64,000 bases of DNA from Octopus sinensis (Eukaryota), in assembly GCF_006345805.1 (NCBI RefSeq), contig NC_042997.1:115816001-115880000 (forward strand). The letters are read 5' to 3'. Of the stretch, positions 35,841 to 50,052 are shown piece after piece (the stretch's first letter is position 1; the number at the start of each line of letters is the position of its first letter). The position numbers and the translations under genes were made by a program. The notes below the pieces were generated by a model that worked only from the letters and a program-made list of their open reading frames with translations, was not told the origin of the DNA and made no database searches.

Positions 35841-36247
35841 CTCTTTACTCTTTTACTCTTTTACTTGTTTCAGTCATTTGACTGAGGCCTTTCTGGAGCA
35901 CCACCTTTAGTCGAGTAAATCGACCCCAGGTCTTATTCTTTGTAAGCCTAGTACTTATTCTATCGACTCTCTTTTGCCGAATCGCTAAGTTACGGGGACG
36001 TAAACACACCAGCATCGGTTGTCAAGCGATGTTGAGGGGACAAACACAGACACACAAACACACATATATATATATACATATATACGACGGGCTTCTTTCA
36101 GTTTCCGTCGACCAAATCCACTCATAAGGCTTTGGTCGGCCCGAGGCTATAGTAGAAGACACTTGCCCAAGGTGCCACACAGTGGTACTGAACTCGGAAC
36201 CATGTGGTTCGTAAGCAAGCTACTTACCATACAGCCATTCCTGCGCC
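35841..36247 (-). mobile_element. SINE family A, full length
   Basis: Both halves, a short internal array and a (TTTTACTC)n tail. Confidence 0.88.
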
Positions 36248-36410
36248 TAATATTAAAATATTAACACTGTATCTAAATATCATTACGGTAAATCCATCGT
36301 GGGTTATTATATCGTGATAAATGTATCGCCGGAAATTTTATCACCGCATAATACCTCATTTATAGATCCATATTCTTGACAAACACGTTGTCAGCAAATA
36401 AGTCTTCATG

Positions 36411-36446
<36 letters not shown>

Positions 36447-36450
36447 ATAT

Positions 36451-36519
<69 letters not shown>

Positions 36520-36711
36520 TGAGCAGAAACATCGCCAAACCTTATCAATAGTGTAATAGAACCTTTAAAAAGGAACAATTCCATCTGTAGCCTGATAACT
36601 TTTAGAAATCTTGAAAAAGGAATATCGAAGTGAAATAATGATCGAAAATCTAAGGTATACTGTGGACGGGAAATAAGCCGGGGCGAAACAGCAACAACAA
36701 CGATGTAATAC

Positions 36712-36898
36712 TGGTTTCTGTTGTACCTGTATTTGAAAGGGGCAACCTTGTCACGCTGAATCTCCCCGAGAACAACGTTAAGGGTACACGTGTCTGTGAA
36801 ATGCTCAGCCACTTGCACGTTAATTTCACGAGCAAGCTGTTCCGTTGATCAGATTCAACTGGAATCCTCGTCGTCGTAACCGACGGAGTGCCACGATA
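36712..36898 (+). mobile_element. SINE family C 3' part
   Basis: Reverse complement of 19478-19682. Confidence 0.75.
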
Positions 36899-37287
36899 TG
36901 TGCAGAAAATAAATATTGTGCAGTGCACTAAAACAATTATGTGCACTTTTATACAATAAATATTTGCACAAAATTGCAATAAATAAGTGCTGTGGTACTT
37001 CTTTACTTAATGTGCAGTGTAGAGTATTGTGCATTTATTTGCAGTAGTATCCTTTGACTGCAAAGTGGATGAAATCGAATCCATGTTGTGGTAATCCCAC
37101 GGAGCAGTATGAATCGCTATAATTCAAATAAGATCTTGGATTATTGTTTATAAAAAGCTAAGTTCTGCTTGATTTATATTGTTAGGGATTCTCTGCCGGA
37201 AGTCTTTTAGTCCTGCATCAACAACTACAACAACAACACAGTTGATCAAAGAAAGGAACCAATGATTTATCATAACAAATATAGAAA

Positions 37288-37478
37288 ATACTTATTTCTT
37301 TATTGCCCACAAGGGGATAAACATAGAGGGGACAAACAAGGACAGACAAAGGGATTGTGTCGATTACATCGACCCCAGTATGTAATCCCGAAAGGATGAA
37401 AGGCAAAGTCGGTCTCGGCGGAATTTGAACTGAGAACGTAACGGCAGACGAAATACCGCTAAGCATTTCGTTCGCCTT
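37288..37478 (-). mobile_element. SINE family B
   Basis: Reverse complement of the tail, core and part of the head. Confidence 0.75.
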
Positions 37479-37496
37479 ATTACAATAGAAAATACT

Positions 37497-37820
37497 GGCA
37501 CGTCGTTGGTTACCACGACGAGGGTTCCAGTTTAATCTGATCAACGGAACAACTTGCTCGTGAAATTAACGTGCAAGTGGCTGAGCACTCCACAGACACG
37601 CGTAACCGTAACGTAGTTCTCAGGGAGATTCAGCGTGACACAGAATGTGACGGGGTGGGCCTTTTGAATTGTAAGTACAACACATTTTTGCCAGTTGAGT
37701 GGACTGGAGCAAAGTGAAATAAAGTGTCTTGCTCAAGGACACAACGCGCCGCCAGGAATCGAACTCACGACCCTACGATCGCGAGCTGAATGCCCTAACC
37801 ACTAAACCACGCGCCTCCAC
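37497..37820 (-). mobile_element. SINE family C, near full length (tRNA head, CORE-like centre)
   Basis: Minus strand reads GGAGGCGCGTGGTTTAGTGGTTAGGGCA...GAGTTCGATTCCTGG (A and B boxes), then TGTGTCCTTGAGCAAGACACTTTATTTCAC. The resemblance to the CORE domain is from memory. Confidence 0.8.
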
Positions 37821-37959
37821 AATAGAAAATAACTCGAACTGAGACACGAGGCCACATATTTATTGAGGAAGGAGACAGTCGATCACATGAACATCAGGAC
37901 TTAACAGGTAGGTATTTTATGGATCCTGGGAGGATAGAAGATGTCAAAGATGACCTCAA

Positions 37960-38250
37960 TGGGATTTGAACTCAAAACGCAAAGAAACAGTAATAAGTAC
38001 ACTGTTGTGTGCTGTCTGGTGCTCCATAGATTCTGTATAAACTTTTATGGTCTCTTGGATGATAAAAAAAGGGCCGCAGTCGGTCTCAGTGGAATTTGAG
38101 CTCAAAACGTAAAAAAAAACGTTAATAAGTACACTGTTGAATGCTGTCTGGTACTCCACCGATTCTATATAATCTTTTATGGACTTTTGAATGAAAAAAA
38201 GGGGATCAAAATCGGGCCCAGACGGATTTGAACACAAAACGTAAAGAAAC
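37960..38250 (+). repeat. Imperfect ~117-bp tandem repeat (about 2.3 copies), apparently derived from degenerate SINE B sequence
   Basis: GATTTGA(A/G)C(T/A)CAAAACG...TAATAAGTACACTGTTG...TGCTGTCTGGT recurs. Confidence 0.7.
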
Positions 38251-38253
38251 GTA

Positions 38254-38662
38254 GGCACAGGAGTGGCCGTGTGGTAAGTAGCTTGCTTACCAACTACATG
38301 GTTCCGGGTTCAGTCCTACTGCGTGGTACCTTGGGCAAGTGTCTTCTACTGTAGCCTCGGGCTGACCAAAGCCTAGTGAGTGGATTTGGTAGACGGAGAC
38401 TGAAAGAATCCCGTCGTATATATGTGTATGTGTGTGTGTCTGTGTTTGTATGTTTGTATGTCTGTATTTGTCCCCCAACATCGCTTGACAACCGATGCTG
38501 GTGTGTTTACGTCCTCGTAACCTAGCGGTTCGGCAAAAGAGACTGATAGAATAAGTACTGGGTTTACAGAGAATAAGTCCTGGAGTCGATTTGTTCGACT
38601 AAAGGCGGTGCTCCAGCATGGCCACAGTCAAATGACTGAAACAAGTAAAGGAAAATAAAAGA
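38254..38662 (+). mobile_element. SINE family A, full length
   Basis: AGGCACAGGAGTGGCCGTGTGG head through the AAACAAGTAAA tail. Confidence 0.88.
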
Positions 38663-39684
38663 ATAGATGTTGCTAAATGCACTGTTGTATATTGCCAGAT
38701 GCTCCACCGATCCTTACCTGATGCGTTATGAACACTTGAAAGATAAAAGGAGTTACAATCAACCTCAACAGGATTTGAACGCAAAACGTTAAAGAATCGC
38801 GCTTAAATGCTGCAATTTAATTTGTCTGACGTTCTACTGGTTCAATTGTCCACCAAATTGAATAAGTAGAAATTGAAACTTCTAACGCAAACATACATGA
38901 ACGTTACCAGGATTTCGGTCGGTTGGGTTCTCAAGTATTAAAATAGGTCCACTGTGGGTCAATATGCGAAAAACATGGAAGTAAGCTGAATGTTAGACAA
39001 TAACTATATTTGTATAAAGGAGGTTAGAACCTATCGACCCCTCCCTCTCGTGTACGTGTGTATCTTATATCATATATTTAGAAACAACCAAACATATCGA
39101 CCTCCAGTACTCCTCAGGTACTTATTTTACTCACTATAGGACACGTAGTAACGTCTCTAGTAAACCTTAGGTACTGGTGAACTCTAGTAGGAAGCGTGTT
39201 AACGAATTGTAAGAAATACTTTGCGATGTTTATTCAGTTTCCAACGTTCCAAGTTGAAACCCGGTCGAGCTCAAATTCTCTTTCCATCCTTCCAGAGTCA
39301 AGAAAGTATTTGCCTTGAACCATAGAATGGCTCAGTCGTTGGAGCATCAGACGATTCGGCCATTCAGCATGTAAGTTCAAATTTTACTTTGGCTCACTTT
39401 TATTGTAGACGTAATCCATTGCTCTTTTTAACACCACCATCTGACCCCTTGGGGGCCATTGAGGGGTCATACTCTGTTGCAACTATTCGGGCAAGGCTCC
39501 CAGTTTCAGACTACCTTTCCTTCTTGTCATTGGTCTCAGAAGCTCTGTGCAGGGACTTGCGTACAGGCTTCGTCTCTTGAGAAACAATAAAAAAAAAGGA
39601 CCCTAATAGGGTTTGAATTCAGAATGTAACGGAATGCTAGTAAATACCACAAACCATTTTCCATACCGTTCTAAAGATTCTGAA

Positions 39685-39815
39685 TGCGCGTGATCTAATG
39701 GGTAGGGTGTTGTGCTCATGATCTTAGAATTATGGTTTCGATTCCCGGACTGGCGATGCGTTGTGTTGTTGAACAAACCACTTCATTTCACATTGCTCCG
39801 GACCACTCAGCTCTA
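39685..39815 (+). mobile_element. SINE family C head, degenerate
   Basis: GCGCGTGATCTAATGGGTAGGG...GTTTCGATTCCCGG...CTTCATTTCACATTGCTCC. Confidence 0.55.
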
Positions 39816-40479
39816 AAATGAGTTCCACCAATAGCTGGAGGATAAACCCTGCAACTGATCAGTGACCTTTACAACTGAAAGTATTGGCAATCTCAGACAT
39901 CATCATATACGCCATAACAACTGAATTAAGTTCCGGCCATATAAATCCTTGAACTCATTGCAGACTTGGCCCTAAAGATTCTACTAATGCACGACTCTTT
40001 AATAACCAAAAACGATATCACATGTTAAGATCGACAACATCACACAAAGATTATATAACAAGATATTGTGCGCATTTCAATGAAAAGTGCATCGTTTGAT
40101 ACATTAAAGAAAAAAATGTGTGTTTAAATTATTTTTTTTTTATATTCAACGTTGAAAATATCTTAAAGATGAAGAACTTATTTTCCTTTCATTTATCTAA
40201 TAAAATTGTTCTTTTAAATTATTTTCCTTGTTATTTGTGTGGCTGTTATTGCTGCAGCTGCTGTTGTTCTTGTTGTTGTTGTTGTTGTTGTTTTTGTTGT
40301 TGTTTTTGTTGTTGTTGTTGTTTTTGTTGTTGTTGTTGTTGTTGTTGTTGTTGAAGCTGCTGCTACTGCTGCTCCTCCTCTTTATCCAGTTTCTCTATTC
40401 CGACTTCTTTTAATCGTTTATTCCACTTTATCTTTCATGACGCATTCGTCAATTCTTTATACAAATGTTCTAATTGTAA

Positions 40480-40814
40480 TATCGGTACGTACATACACGC
40501 ATACATACATACACACATACATACATGCATACATACATACATATATACATACATACATACATACATACATACATACATACATGCATGCATGCATGAATAC
40601 ATACACACATTCATACATGCATACATACAGTCATACATTCATACATACATACATACATACATACATACATACAGTCATACATTCATACATACATTCATAC
40701 ATACATACATGCATACATACAGTCATACATTCATACATACATTCATACATACATACACGCATACATACACACATACACACATACATACATACATACATAC
40801 ATACATACATACAT

Positions 40815-40845
<31 letters not shown>

Positions 40846-41020
40846 TACAGTGATACATTCATACATACATACATGCATACATGCATACATACATTCATGC
40901 ATACACCCATACATACATACACACACACACATACAGTGATACATACACTCATACATACATACATACATACACCCATACATACATACATTCATACATGCAC
41001 CCATACATACATTCATACAG
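40480..41020. repeat. Long compound (CATA)n-derived satellite
   Basis: Direct reading. Confidence 0.95.
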
Positions 41021-41422
41021 AGAGATTAGCTATTATTTTACGTGGCCCTGTTTACGTTACACGTACATCATTTCATAGATGAGAGCGATAAGCAAGGGAG
41101 ATAAGAAATCTCTGGAAACACAAATAAGCCATTGAAGTCGCAGATGGGCCAATCAGCGTTGGAGATCGGTCCCCCATACTACTGTGTATGTGGTACTTGT
41201 GTCACACACATACACACAAACACACACACACACATAGATGCATACTCATACACACACATACTCACACACACACATATATACCTACACACGCATACACACA
41301 CACTCATACGTATATGTGCGTGAATGTGTGTATGTATATATATGTATTTATATATATGTGTGTGTGTGTGTTAACTATGTGTGTATATGTATGCGTAAAT
41401 ATATATGTACTTTATATGTGTG

Positions 41423-41457
<35 letters not shown>

Positions 41458-41580
41458 CAAATATATACACATATATATACATACACACATACACATATAT
41501 ATATATATATGCAAAGACACGCATATATACACTTAAAACATATACACACTATTTCCCTTTCTTCCACTTTCTTCCACTCC

Positions 41581-41630
<50 letters not shown>

Positions 41631-41942
41631 ACCTTGTATCTATTTATCTGAAATATCTTAGATTTTTATCGTTTAAAATTTTCTTTAAAAATATAATCTC
41701 ATTTCATAAAATTACATCGTATCATTTTATGTTCTAATTCTTTATAGATAGGAAATAAGTAAGTCATGATGGAAAGAAATAATAATAATAATAATAATAA
41801 TTAATAATAATAAATAATAATAATATAATAATAATAATAATAGTAAACATATACATACACATACACACACACACACACATATATATATAATATATATACA
41901 TATATTACTATATATATATATACATATATATATATATACATA

Positions 41943-42014
<72 letters not shown>

Positions 42015-42087
42015 TATATATATATATATATATACACATTATATATATATATACATTATTATATTATATATATATATATTATATAAT

Positions 42088-42119
<32 letters not shown>

Positions 42120-42550
42120 AAGCGTATACGCGCGAGTACGTGTGGCTTGCGTGTTTAATGGACAGATCGGGAAGTGAGATATTTAGCATTAAATGATATA
42201 ACAGTTGAAATTTGAAAAGAAAATTTGTAGTTTATACAGCTTTAGTTTCGCCCTCTATCTATACTGAAGACGTTACGCTCGTGCAATCTTCACTATTTAT
42301 CAAAGCTGTGAAAGAACGAGGGTTATTATGTGTCTAAGAACAACAGAGATATCAGTGCAATACATGGAATAAGATACAAGTTCGCAACATACAAACGACA
42401 AAGTGCACCCCAAAACCAGTCGGTCGTTGCACCCTTTTTCTTTTTCTTTAAAGAATACAGTCTTCTTTCCTTGTTTTAGATAAACTGAATCAGGGGCTAA
42501 CAAAAAATACGTTATAGCCATTTTGTTTTTTCATAAAGGACAGCGATGTA

Positions 42551-43062
42551 CCGTAAATTCTCGAGTATAGTCCGCCCTTGAGTATAATACGCAGGGGATT
42601 TTTAGGGGGCTGTACCTCTGAAAAACCTAAACCTTGTGTATAATACGCACCCCTTCTCTATCTTGAGTCAAGGAGGTTTATATAACGTCCTTGGTTTGTA
42701 AAAATGTATACGGTACCGTACTTTATTATTACTGTATATATAACATAATGCAAACGTGTAGCATTTTTGTGCATTTTGTTTTCAGAAAATAAAGAAATAA
42801 CAGTAATAACGTTTAATAAATGTTGCTTACTGCAAGTTATGGATGATTCTTTTATGACTTCATTGCTTCCCGGCTTAGCTTAAGGTATTTTCGTGCCCGA
42901 CATCACAAAATGCGTCTGAATAAATATTGCCGGACAGCAAATAGAGACTTGAACATTGCTTAGAAAATAATTTTCATTTTTAACTTCGTGTATAATACGC
43001 ACTAGGGATTTTGACCTTTAAATTTGGGGAAGAACGTGCGGATTATACTCGAGGATTTACGG
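42551..43062. mobile_element. Non-autonomous Tc1/mariner-superfamily (pogo/Tigger-like) MITE, 512 bp
   Basis: TIRs CCGTAAATTCTCGAGTATA / TATACTCGAGGATTTACGG, TA TSDs at 42549-42550 and 43063-43064, and internal GTATAATACGCA repeats. Confidence 0.88.
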
Positions 43063-43544
43063 TAATTGAAAGAAAATATCTATAATATGAACGGAAATTT
43101 ATATATAACCAGCTGACTCTGTCAATATTCCACAGATTAATTAGAAACAAATACCAAGTATTAATGATCAAAAATATGTTTATCAGACTAAGAGAAGACC
43201 TGGCGGAAAGAGGGCGAGTCACAGAGAAGGTCGCTAATAACGAAAAAATAACTTAGGCTAACAAACAATCGGTTGATTATTTAAGCAGCACATTAAACGA
43301 CCGATCCATTAGTTAGTTGGTTAAATATTTAAACCAATTAATTAACAATAAAGACGTGATATTGATGATCCTCCGAAGATACAAGATTTGTTTAAATACA
43401 CGAATTCACATCAAGAATCTTGCAAGCCAAATACAAAAAGGAAGTGTGTGTGCGTGTGTTTGTGTACGTGTGTGCGTGTGTGTCTGCGCGCGCGTGTCTA
43501 TGTGTGTGTTTATATGTGTTTGTATGTGTGTATATACAATGGGA

Positions 43545-43695
43545 GTCTACACAGTTTCTGCCTACCAGATTTATTCACAAGGTTTTGGCCGACCGGGGGC
43601 TATAGTAGCTGATGCTTCCGCAATGCGCCGCACAGTGGGATCAAATCCGGAACGACGTGGTTGCTAAGCGAACGACTTACCCACACAGCCATACC
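43545..43695 (-). mobile_element. SINE family A 5' half, diverged
   Basis: CAGTTTCTGCCTACCAGATTTATTCACAAGG...GTGGGATCAAATCCGGAAC...CACACAGCCA. Confidence 0.65.
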
Positions 43696-43904
43696 GATGC
43701 TGAAGTTCAACACGTAACACTTGTTTTTGTTATCCAAATTCCAGCTTCGGAATTCTGTTTCATTGCTACAAACCTTCTCCTTGTTTAGAGGAAGAATTCA
43801 AGAAATGAGAAAAAAAAGACATGAATATATACATTCATTTATATATACATAAAATTATATATACATACATTTATATATACATTTATATATACATATTCTT
43901 TTTT

Positions 43905-44460
43905 TCCTTTTATTTGTTTCAGTCATTTGACTGCAGCCTTTTAGTCGAGCAAATCGACCTCAGGACTTATTCTTTGTAAGCCTAGTACTTATTCTATCGG
44001 TCTCTTTTGCTGAACACCTCTAAGTTACGGGGACGTAAACACACCAGCATCGGTTGTCAAGCAATGTTGTGGGGACAAAAACAGACACACAAACATTATA
44101 TATATATATAGTTCTATATTTAAGAGATGAGTAATTATGTACATTATTTACATTACTTACATTTGACGGATATCTGTCCTCATCTGGTTTGCTGTTAACA
44201 CAACGTTTCGGCTGATATACCCTCCAACGTTTCAGCTGATATACCACTACGCCATATGCCCACGGGGCGAGATGTGGACAAATATCCGTCAAATGTAAAT
44301 AATGTATATGGGCTTCTTTCAGTTTCCGTCTGCCAAATCCACTCACAAGGCTTTGGTCGATCTAAGGCTATTGTAGAAGACTTGCCGAAGGTGCCACGCA
44401 CTGGGTCTGAATATGGAACCATGTGGTTGGTAAGCAAGCTACTTGCCATACAGCCATATT
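43905..44460 (-). mobile_element. SINE family A with a PLE-related hairpin inserted in its centre
   Basis: 3' half at 43905-44095 and 5' half at 44309-44460. Confidence 0.8.
44138..44307. mobile_element. Inverted-repeat insert with a Penelope-type CAACGTTTCGG motif
   Basis: TACATTTGACGGATATCTGTCC is inverted as GGACAAATATCCGTCAAATGTA. The internal ACAACGTTTCGGC is the same motif as at 35387-35398. Confidence 0.6.
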
Positions 44461-45029
44461 TGTAAATATATGCATAGATTATAATTTTCCATTTATATCA
44501 ATAGTTATTATACGCATAGTTACGTTAGTAAACGCCTAACTTTCGAAAAGGAAAAATTTCTGGCAAAGAAAGAGATAAGTTAGAACGATCTGTAAGCAGA
44601 ACAATAAAAATATGCAAGATTTTTCTGAAGTGAAACATGTAAAAATCATCATTGGTGTTATCTAATTTCCACCGTTGAAACCTTTTTTCTTTGTTAAAAA
44701 TCTGCGCTTTCATTACGAGAACTTAACTAATTAAAATAGTTAAGATAACACACGTACATACAAACATACATAATACATACATAAAAACATACATACATAT
44801 GTACTCGCATACATCTATATATATACATACATATATACATGCTTACCTAAATTCATACGTAGATACATACAGGGAGGTTGACGGGAGTGTAGTATATAGA
44901 TTGAAGGGACAGATTGTTAGAAAGATTTAGAATGAAACGCATTGATGTATACATGCCTAGAATCATTTGAAGCTAGCTATGTGAACGAATGTATGAACAT
45001 ATGTATGTAGATGTGTGTGTGTGTGTGTC

Positions 45030-45073
<44 letters not shown>

Positions 45074-46269
45074 GGTGTGTGTCTGTGTGTGTCTGTGTGT
45101 GCGTGTGTGTGTTTCTTTCACCACCTTTACACAACCGCTTTGTGCAGTCTAAAGTTCGTAACCTCATCTGAATATCGTAGAAAATATTGGCCGAATTCAC
45201 GAAAGATTATTACTCTAAATCTGCTTCATTCACTTAAATATCAGTCAAGTACCTCTCAGACTTATTTTATAATTTTACAAGATCGCATTCTATGGTTTTC
45301 TTGTTTCAAAGCCGACATAATCTAAAGCCAACCCACCCACCATTTCCCTCTTTCTCTCTCTCTCTCTCTCTTCGTTATAAGTACATTTGTAATAAACATT
45401 GTCCATTATATACTTTAGAAATAAAAGTGATTTTCATCATTAATTATTTTTTAGCATGTTAACGTAGTGTTAAAGCGGAGAATTGGCAGAGTTGTTAAAG
45501 CGTTGAATAGAATTAACCTGTGGCGGCTCTCTGCGTTGTGTGTTCAAATCCTGCTAAGATCAAATTTGCCGTTTATCCTTTCATTGATAAGCTGTTAAAA
45601 GGTTGGAAGCGATACACTGCGGTATCTATTCTTCGTATTTGTGTTTTGAGGGCAACACATGTGACGACACTGGTGCCAGAATGTATTGATCCAAGTCAGG
45701 GGTCTGCCCTTGAATACACATTTAGAGAAGAGACCTGAGGCCAGTCTTCCTCGATAAATACCGTTGAGGCCTGCAAATACATGTTCAAATGAATGGCCAA
45801 CTCAAAAGCCGTTAAATGTCATGGCATATAGAAGTATAGGTTGGAAAATAAAAAGGCAATGTGTATATACATGTGTTTATATATATATATATATATATAT
45901 AATATTAGGGTAATAAAAATTATAGAAATTTTTTATTACCAGTGGCCTAGCGCAAAAAAATTTAGTCAATAGACTATATATTATTCATATAAAATATCGC
46001 GTACATTAAAGCCTCTTGATGTGTTTTAATGTACACGATATTATATATGTATACATATATACACACCCTCCCCATCAAATTTCAGGTTTTGTACCAATAA
46101 TTGAAGGGATTATTTTTAAACGGTAGAAGTTACAAAATTACTCAAGGACTGAAAGTTTCGTGCCGATTAAAGGGTTTTGAGTTCTATGTATATATCCTGT
46201 TTCTACAACCAAACCTATACATATATATATGTGTGTGTGTATGCATGTTTAGATATATTTTTGCATATT

Positions 46270-46301
<32 letters not shown>

Positions 46302-46959
46302 AATGTGTGTGCATGTATAGCTGTATGCATGTGTGTTTGTGAAAGGAATATCTAAAGAGACGCTCACACCTAAACGTATGTTAAGTTAGCGCCAGTTTTA
46401 ACGAGAGTTCATCGCCACTGGTTAAGTTAATTTAAAGACCATTTGGAGACAGACATAGAGAGGGAGAGAAATGAAAAGAAGAGAATGGTTGGGGGGAGGA
46501 TGACGAAGAAAAAAGAGGAGAAATGAGACAGAAACAGAGAGGATGCAGACCATAATAAATTGAAAGCATCAATGTTTTAGATTGCTTAGAACTCAAATCT
46601 ATTATAGAGACCGGAAGTTGTAAATCTGGTTGTCTCTCAAGACGGAGGTCTGTATCCTCCGGTGGTTGAGTAATGGCCTTTAGACTTGTGGATGACAAGT
46701 TACATAAGATGACATGGAGAGGGAAAAACGAACTAGACTGCTTCCGTGTTGCTAAAGATGGTACGTTTTGAATGCTAAATGGTCAGCAAGTCTGAAGGAC
46801 ACATCAAAAAGTGATGAGGTAAAGTTCTTTCGCTTTTCAATCATTTTCCAACTCTGAAGAATTGCAATGCCAAGCACTTTCTCGCGTTAGCTCTAACTGT
46901 GCATGCAATTAAATCGGTCTCCGTTTATCTTTGCTAAACTTTAATTTCCCCACTCTTTC

Positions 46960-47006
<47 letters not shown>

Positions 47007-47010
<4 letters not shown>

Positions 47011-47350
47011 GAAGGCTTGAAAATGCAATTTTAAAAGATGTTTATTCACTTGACCGGTTTCACTTTTTTAGAAAAAGATTGGCAAAAGTAAAATGTAAAA
47101 GCTTTGTTGTGTTAAGTACTGGTTGTCACAAAATATTACAATACATATATACATTCTTTGATAATAATAAGGAAATGTTAAAACATTCTTATTATTAGCA
47201 AAGAATGTATATATGTATTGTAATATTTTGTGACAACCAGTACTAAACACCACAAAGCTTTATATTTTACTTTTGACAATCTTTTTCTAAAAAAGCGAAA
47301 CCGGTCAAGTGAATAAACATCTTTAAAATTGCATTTTCAAACCTTCTTTC
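47007..47350. mobile_element. ~345-bp near-perfect palindrome (foldback element) in (TA)n
   Basis: GAAAGAAGGCTTGAAAATGCAATTTTAAAAGATG... pairs with ...CATCTTTAAAATTGCATTTTCAAACCTTCTTTC. Arms are ~165 bp with a very small loop near 47178. Confidence 0.92.
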
Positions 47351-47393
47351 ATATATATTTCCACTCGTGAGGTACCTTACAACTTCACTTTGT

Positions 47394-47452
<59 letters not shown>

Positions 47453-47454
47453 TC

Positions 47455-47658
47455 TTTTACTCTCATTTACTTGTTTCAGTCATTTGACTGTGGCCATGCT
47501 GGAGCACCGCCTTTAGTCGAGCAAATCGACCCCAGGACTTATTCTTTGTAAGCCTAGTACTTATTCTGTCGGTCTCTTTTGCCGAACCGCTAAATTATGG
47601 GGACGTAAACACACCAGCATCACCGATGTTGGGGGCACAAACATAGACACACAAACAT

Positions 47659-47689
<31 letters not shown>

Positions 47690-47703
47690 CATACATATAT
47701 ATG

Positions 47704-47736
<33 letters not shown>

Positions 47737-47881
47737 GTGTGTGTGTGTTGGTGTGTGTGTGTGTGTGTATATTGGCAGGGTTTACTGCTAGGGAGTCGGA
47801 CTACTGGTTTTAAATGATATTAAATTAATATTAATTTATCTCCCTCATTATTTTAAATATTATATATATATATATTATATA

Positions 47882-47919
<38 letters not shown>

Positions 47920-48052
47920 TATATTATATCATACATATATACCGACGGGCTTCTTTTCAATTCCGTCTACTCACAAGGCTTTGATCGGCTTGATGCTATA
48001 GTAGAAGACACTTGCCCAAGGTGTCACGCAGTGGGACTGAACCCGGAACCTT
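47455..48052 (-). mobile_element. SINE family A with an expanded internal region
   Basis: 3' half at 47455-47660 and 5' half at 47943-48052. Confidence 0.8.
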
Positions 48053-48143
48053 GCGTATATATGTATGTATATATATATATATACATAAATTTATTTGATA
48101 TATATGCGTGTGCGTGAATGTGCGTGTGTATGTATGTATAAAT

Positions 48144-48193
<50 letters not shown>

Positions 48194-49265
48194 AGGGAAT
48201 GACTCTTGATTTATTTTTTCTCTTTTTGTTATTCCTCTATAACAATGCTCATTCTCCAAAACGCGATGTCGACAGTAAACACAACAGTTAGTACAGGAGC
48301 CACCCCAATACATTAGCTACCCCAGGACACTAGCTAAACCAGTGCCCTAGCTACTCTACACGTGTAATTTTTAAACCAATATTTAAAATGTCAGGCGCTA
48401 AACTGAGAAATGAATCAAAAAATGGCAGCCATGTTTTGCAGCTGTTTCTAAATACACAGACACGATTTTCACATGTCACATGTGGTGCTTTCTCTCTTGT
48501 AATTATTTAGTCAATTTGAATTTCAACCTCCTGAACAGTACACTTTAGTAATTCGCTTACACCCTTTATACCTACCCTGAGTTTTTATGTACGTGTCTGT
48601 ATATACTCATTGAAATTAATTACGGTTTATTAAAAGTGTGTTGTTGGTGTTGTTCATGTTTGTTATTTCCAATGAATGTCTCTAACTGTCAACTGACTCG
48701 GGGGGTGGGGACGATAAATATCATATATATCTTCATATATATTTCAATGTCTTAAGTAAAAAAAAATATACTTACATACAATGCACACATACACACATAT
48801 ATTCTTTTCGGTACCAGGTACGGTTAAAGTATTATGTGTGTGTGCGCGCGTATGTGTTTGAGTGTGTCTGTGTAATATTAAATGATATATACCTGTATAT
48901 TATTATATATTATATTATAATATATTATATCATACACATATAGATATATATTATATATATATATATCTATATATATAGATATCTATATATATATATATCT
49001 TATATATAGATATATATATTTATATTATACATGTGTATATATAAGAGGCTACAACGAAAAGCCCGAAACTGATCACTGTTTTTTTCGAACGATTACGGTA
49101 TCTGTCAGCATGTATGGTATACAATTGTGCTTTGACTGCAACATTTGAGTGTTTAGCTCTTATTTCTAGCAATTTAGGTGATTCTAACACTCTCAGTCAT
49201 ATATAACGCCGGTTATAGCTTTCCTTTTTGATACACATTGCTTACCGCTGCCTACATTAGCTATG

Positions 49266-49349
<84 letters not shown>

Positions 49350-49650
49350 TTGTCCATGCATGTGTGTGTGTGTGTGTGTGTATATACAGATATATATGTG
49401 TGTGTATATGTATGTGTGTGTATATTTATATAACACGGTAGAATTATAAACAGAGTAAATTTTTCAAACATTTCTCCGCAGACTGAAAAGAAAATGAACA
49501 ACCTTAATCGATTTTCGAACTTTATTGGGTTCTCATCAGAGGCGTCTACATCATTCTAACAGTCTCCAGAGAAACATGCAGTCAAACTGTTTATATACTA
49601 AACAAATGCGACAGTTATTCTTTATATATATACACAGATATATATTATAT

Positions 49651-49745
<95 letters not shown>

Positions 49746-49847
49746 GAAATGAGGTACTCAGAAATTCGGATGGTTTTATATTTACAGATATTTATTGTAT
49801 ATTACATGTGTTTATACATCATATAACTTATATCTATATCACATATT

Positions 49848-49887
<40 letters not shown>

Positions 49888-49896
49888 ATATATATA

Positions 49897-50052
49897 TACT
49901 CTTTTACTCTTTACTCTTTTACTTGTTTCAGTCATTTGACTCACAAGGCTTTGGTCGGCCCGAGGCTATAGTAGAAGACACTTGCCCAAGGTGCCACGCA
50001 GTGGGACTGAACCCGGAACCTGGTGGTTGGTTAGCAAGCTACTTACTACACC
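49897..50052 (-). mobile_element. SINE family A, internally deleted (tail fused to head)
   Basis: CAGTCATTTGACT is joined directly to CACAAGGCTTTGGTCGG through a GACT/CACT microhomology. Confidence 0.8.

Noticed and set aside
41146-41160. CCAAT box (GGGCCAATCAG); also ETS-like CCGGAAGT at about 46604 and 60000
   Set aside because: Isolated short motifs with no associated transcription unit; expected by chance.
46812-46858. C/D snoRNA-like GTGATGA...CTGA
   Set aside because: The box spacing (~45 nt) is too short and there is no terminal stem.
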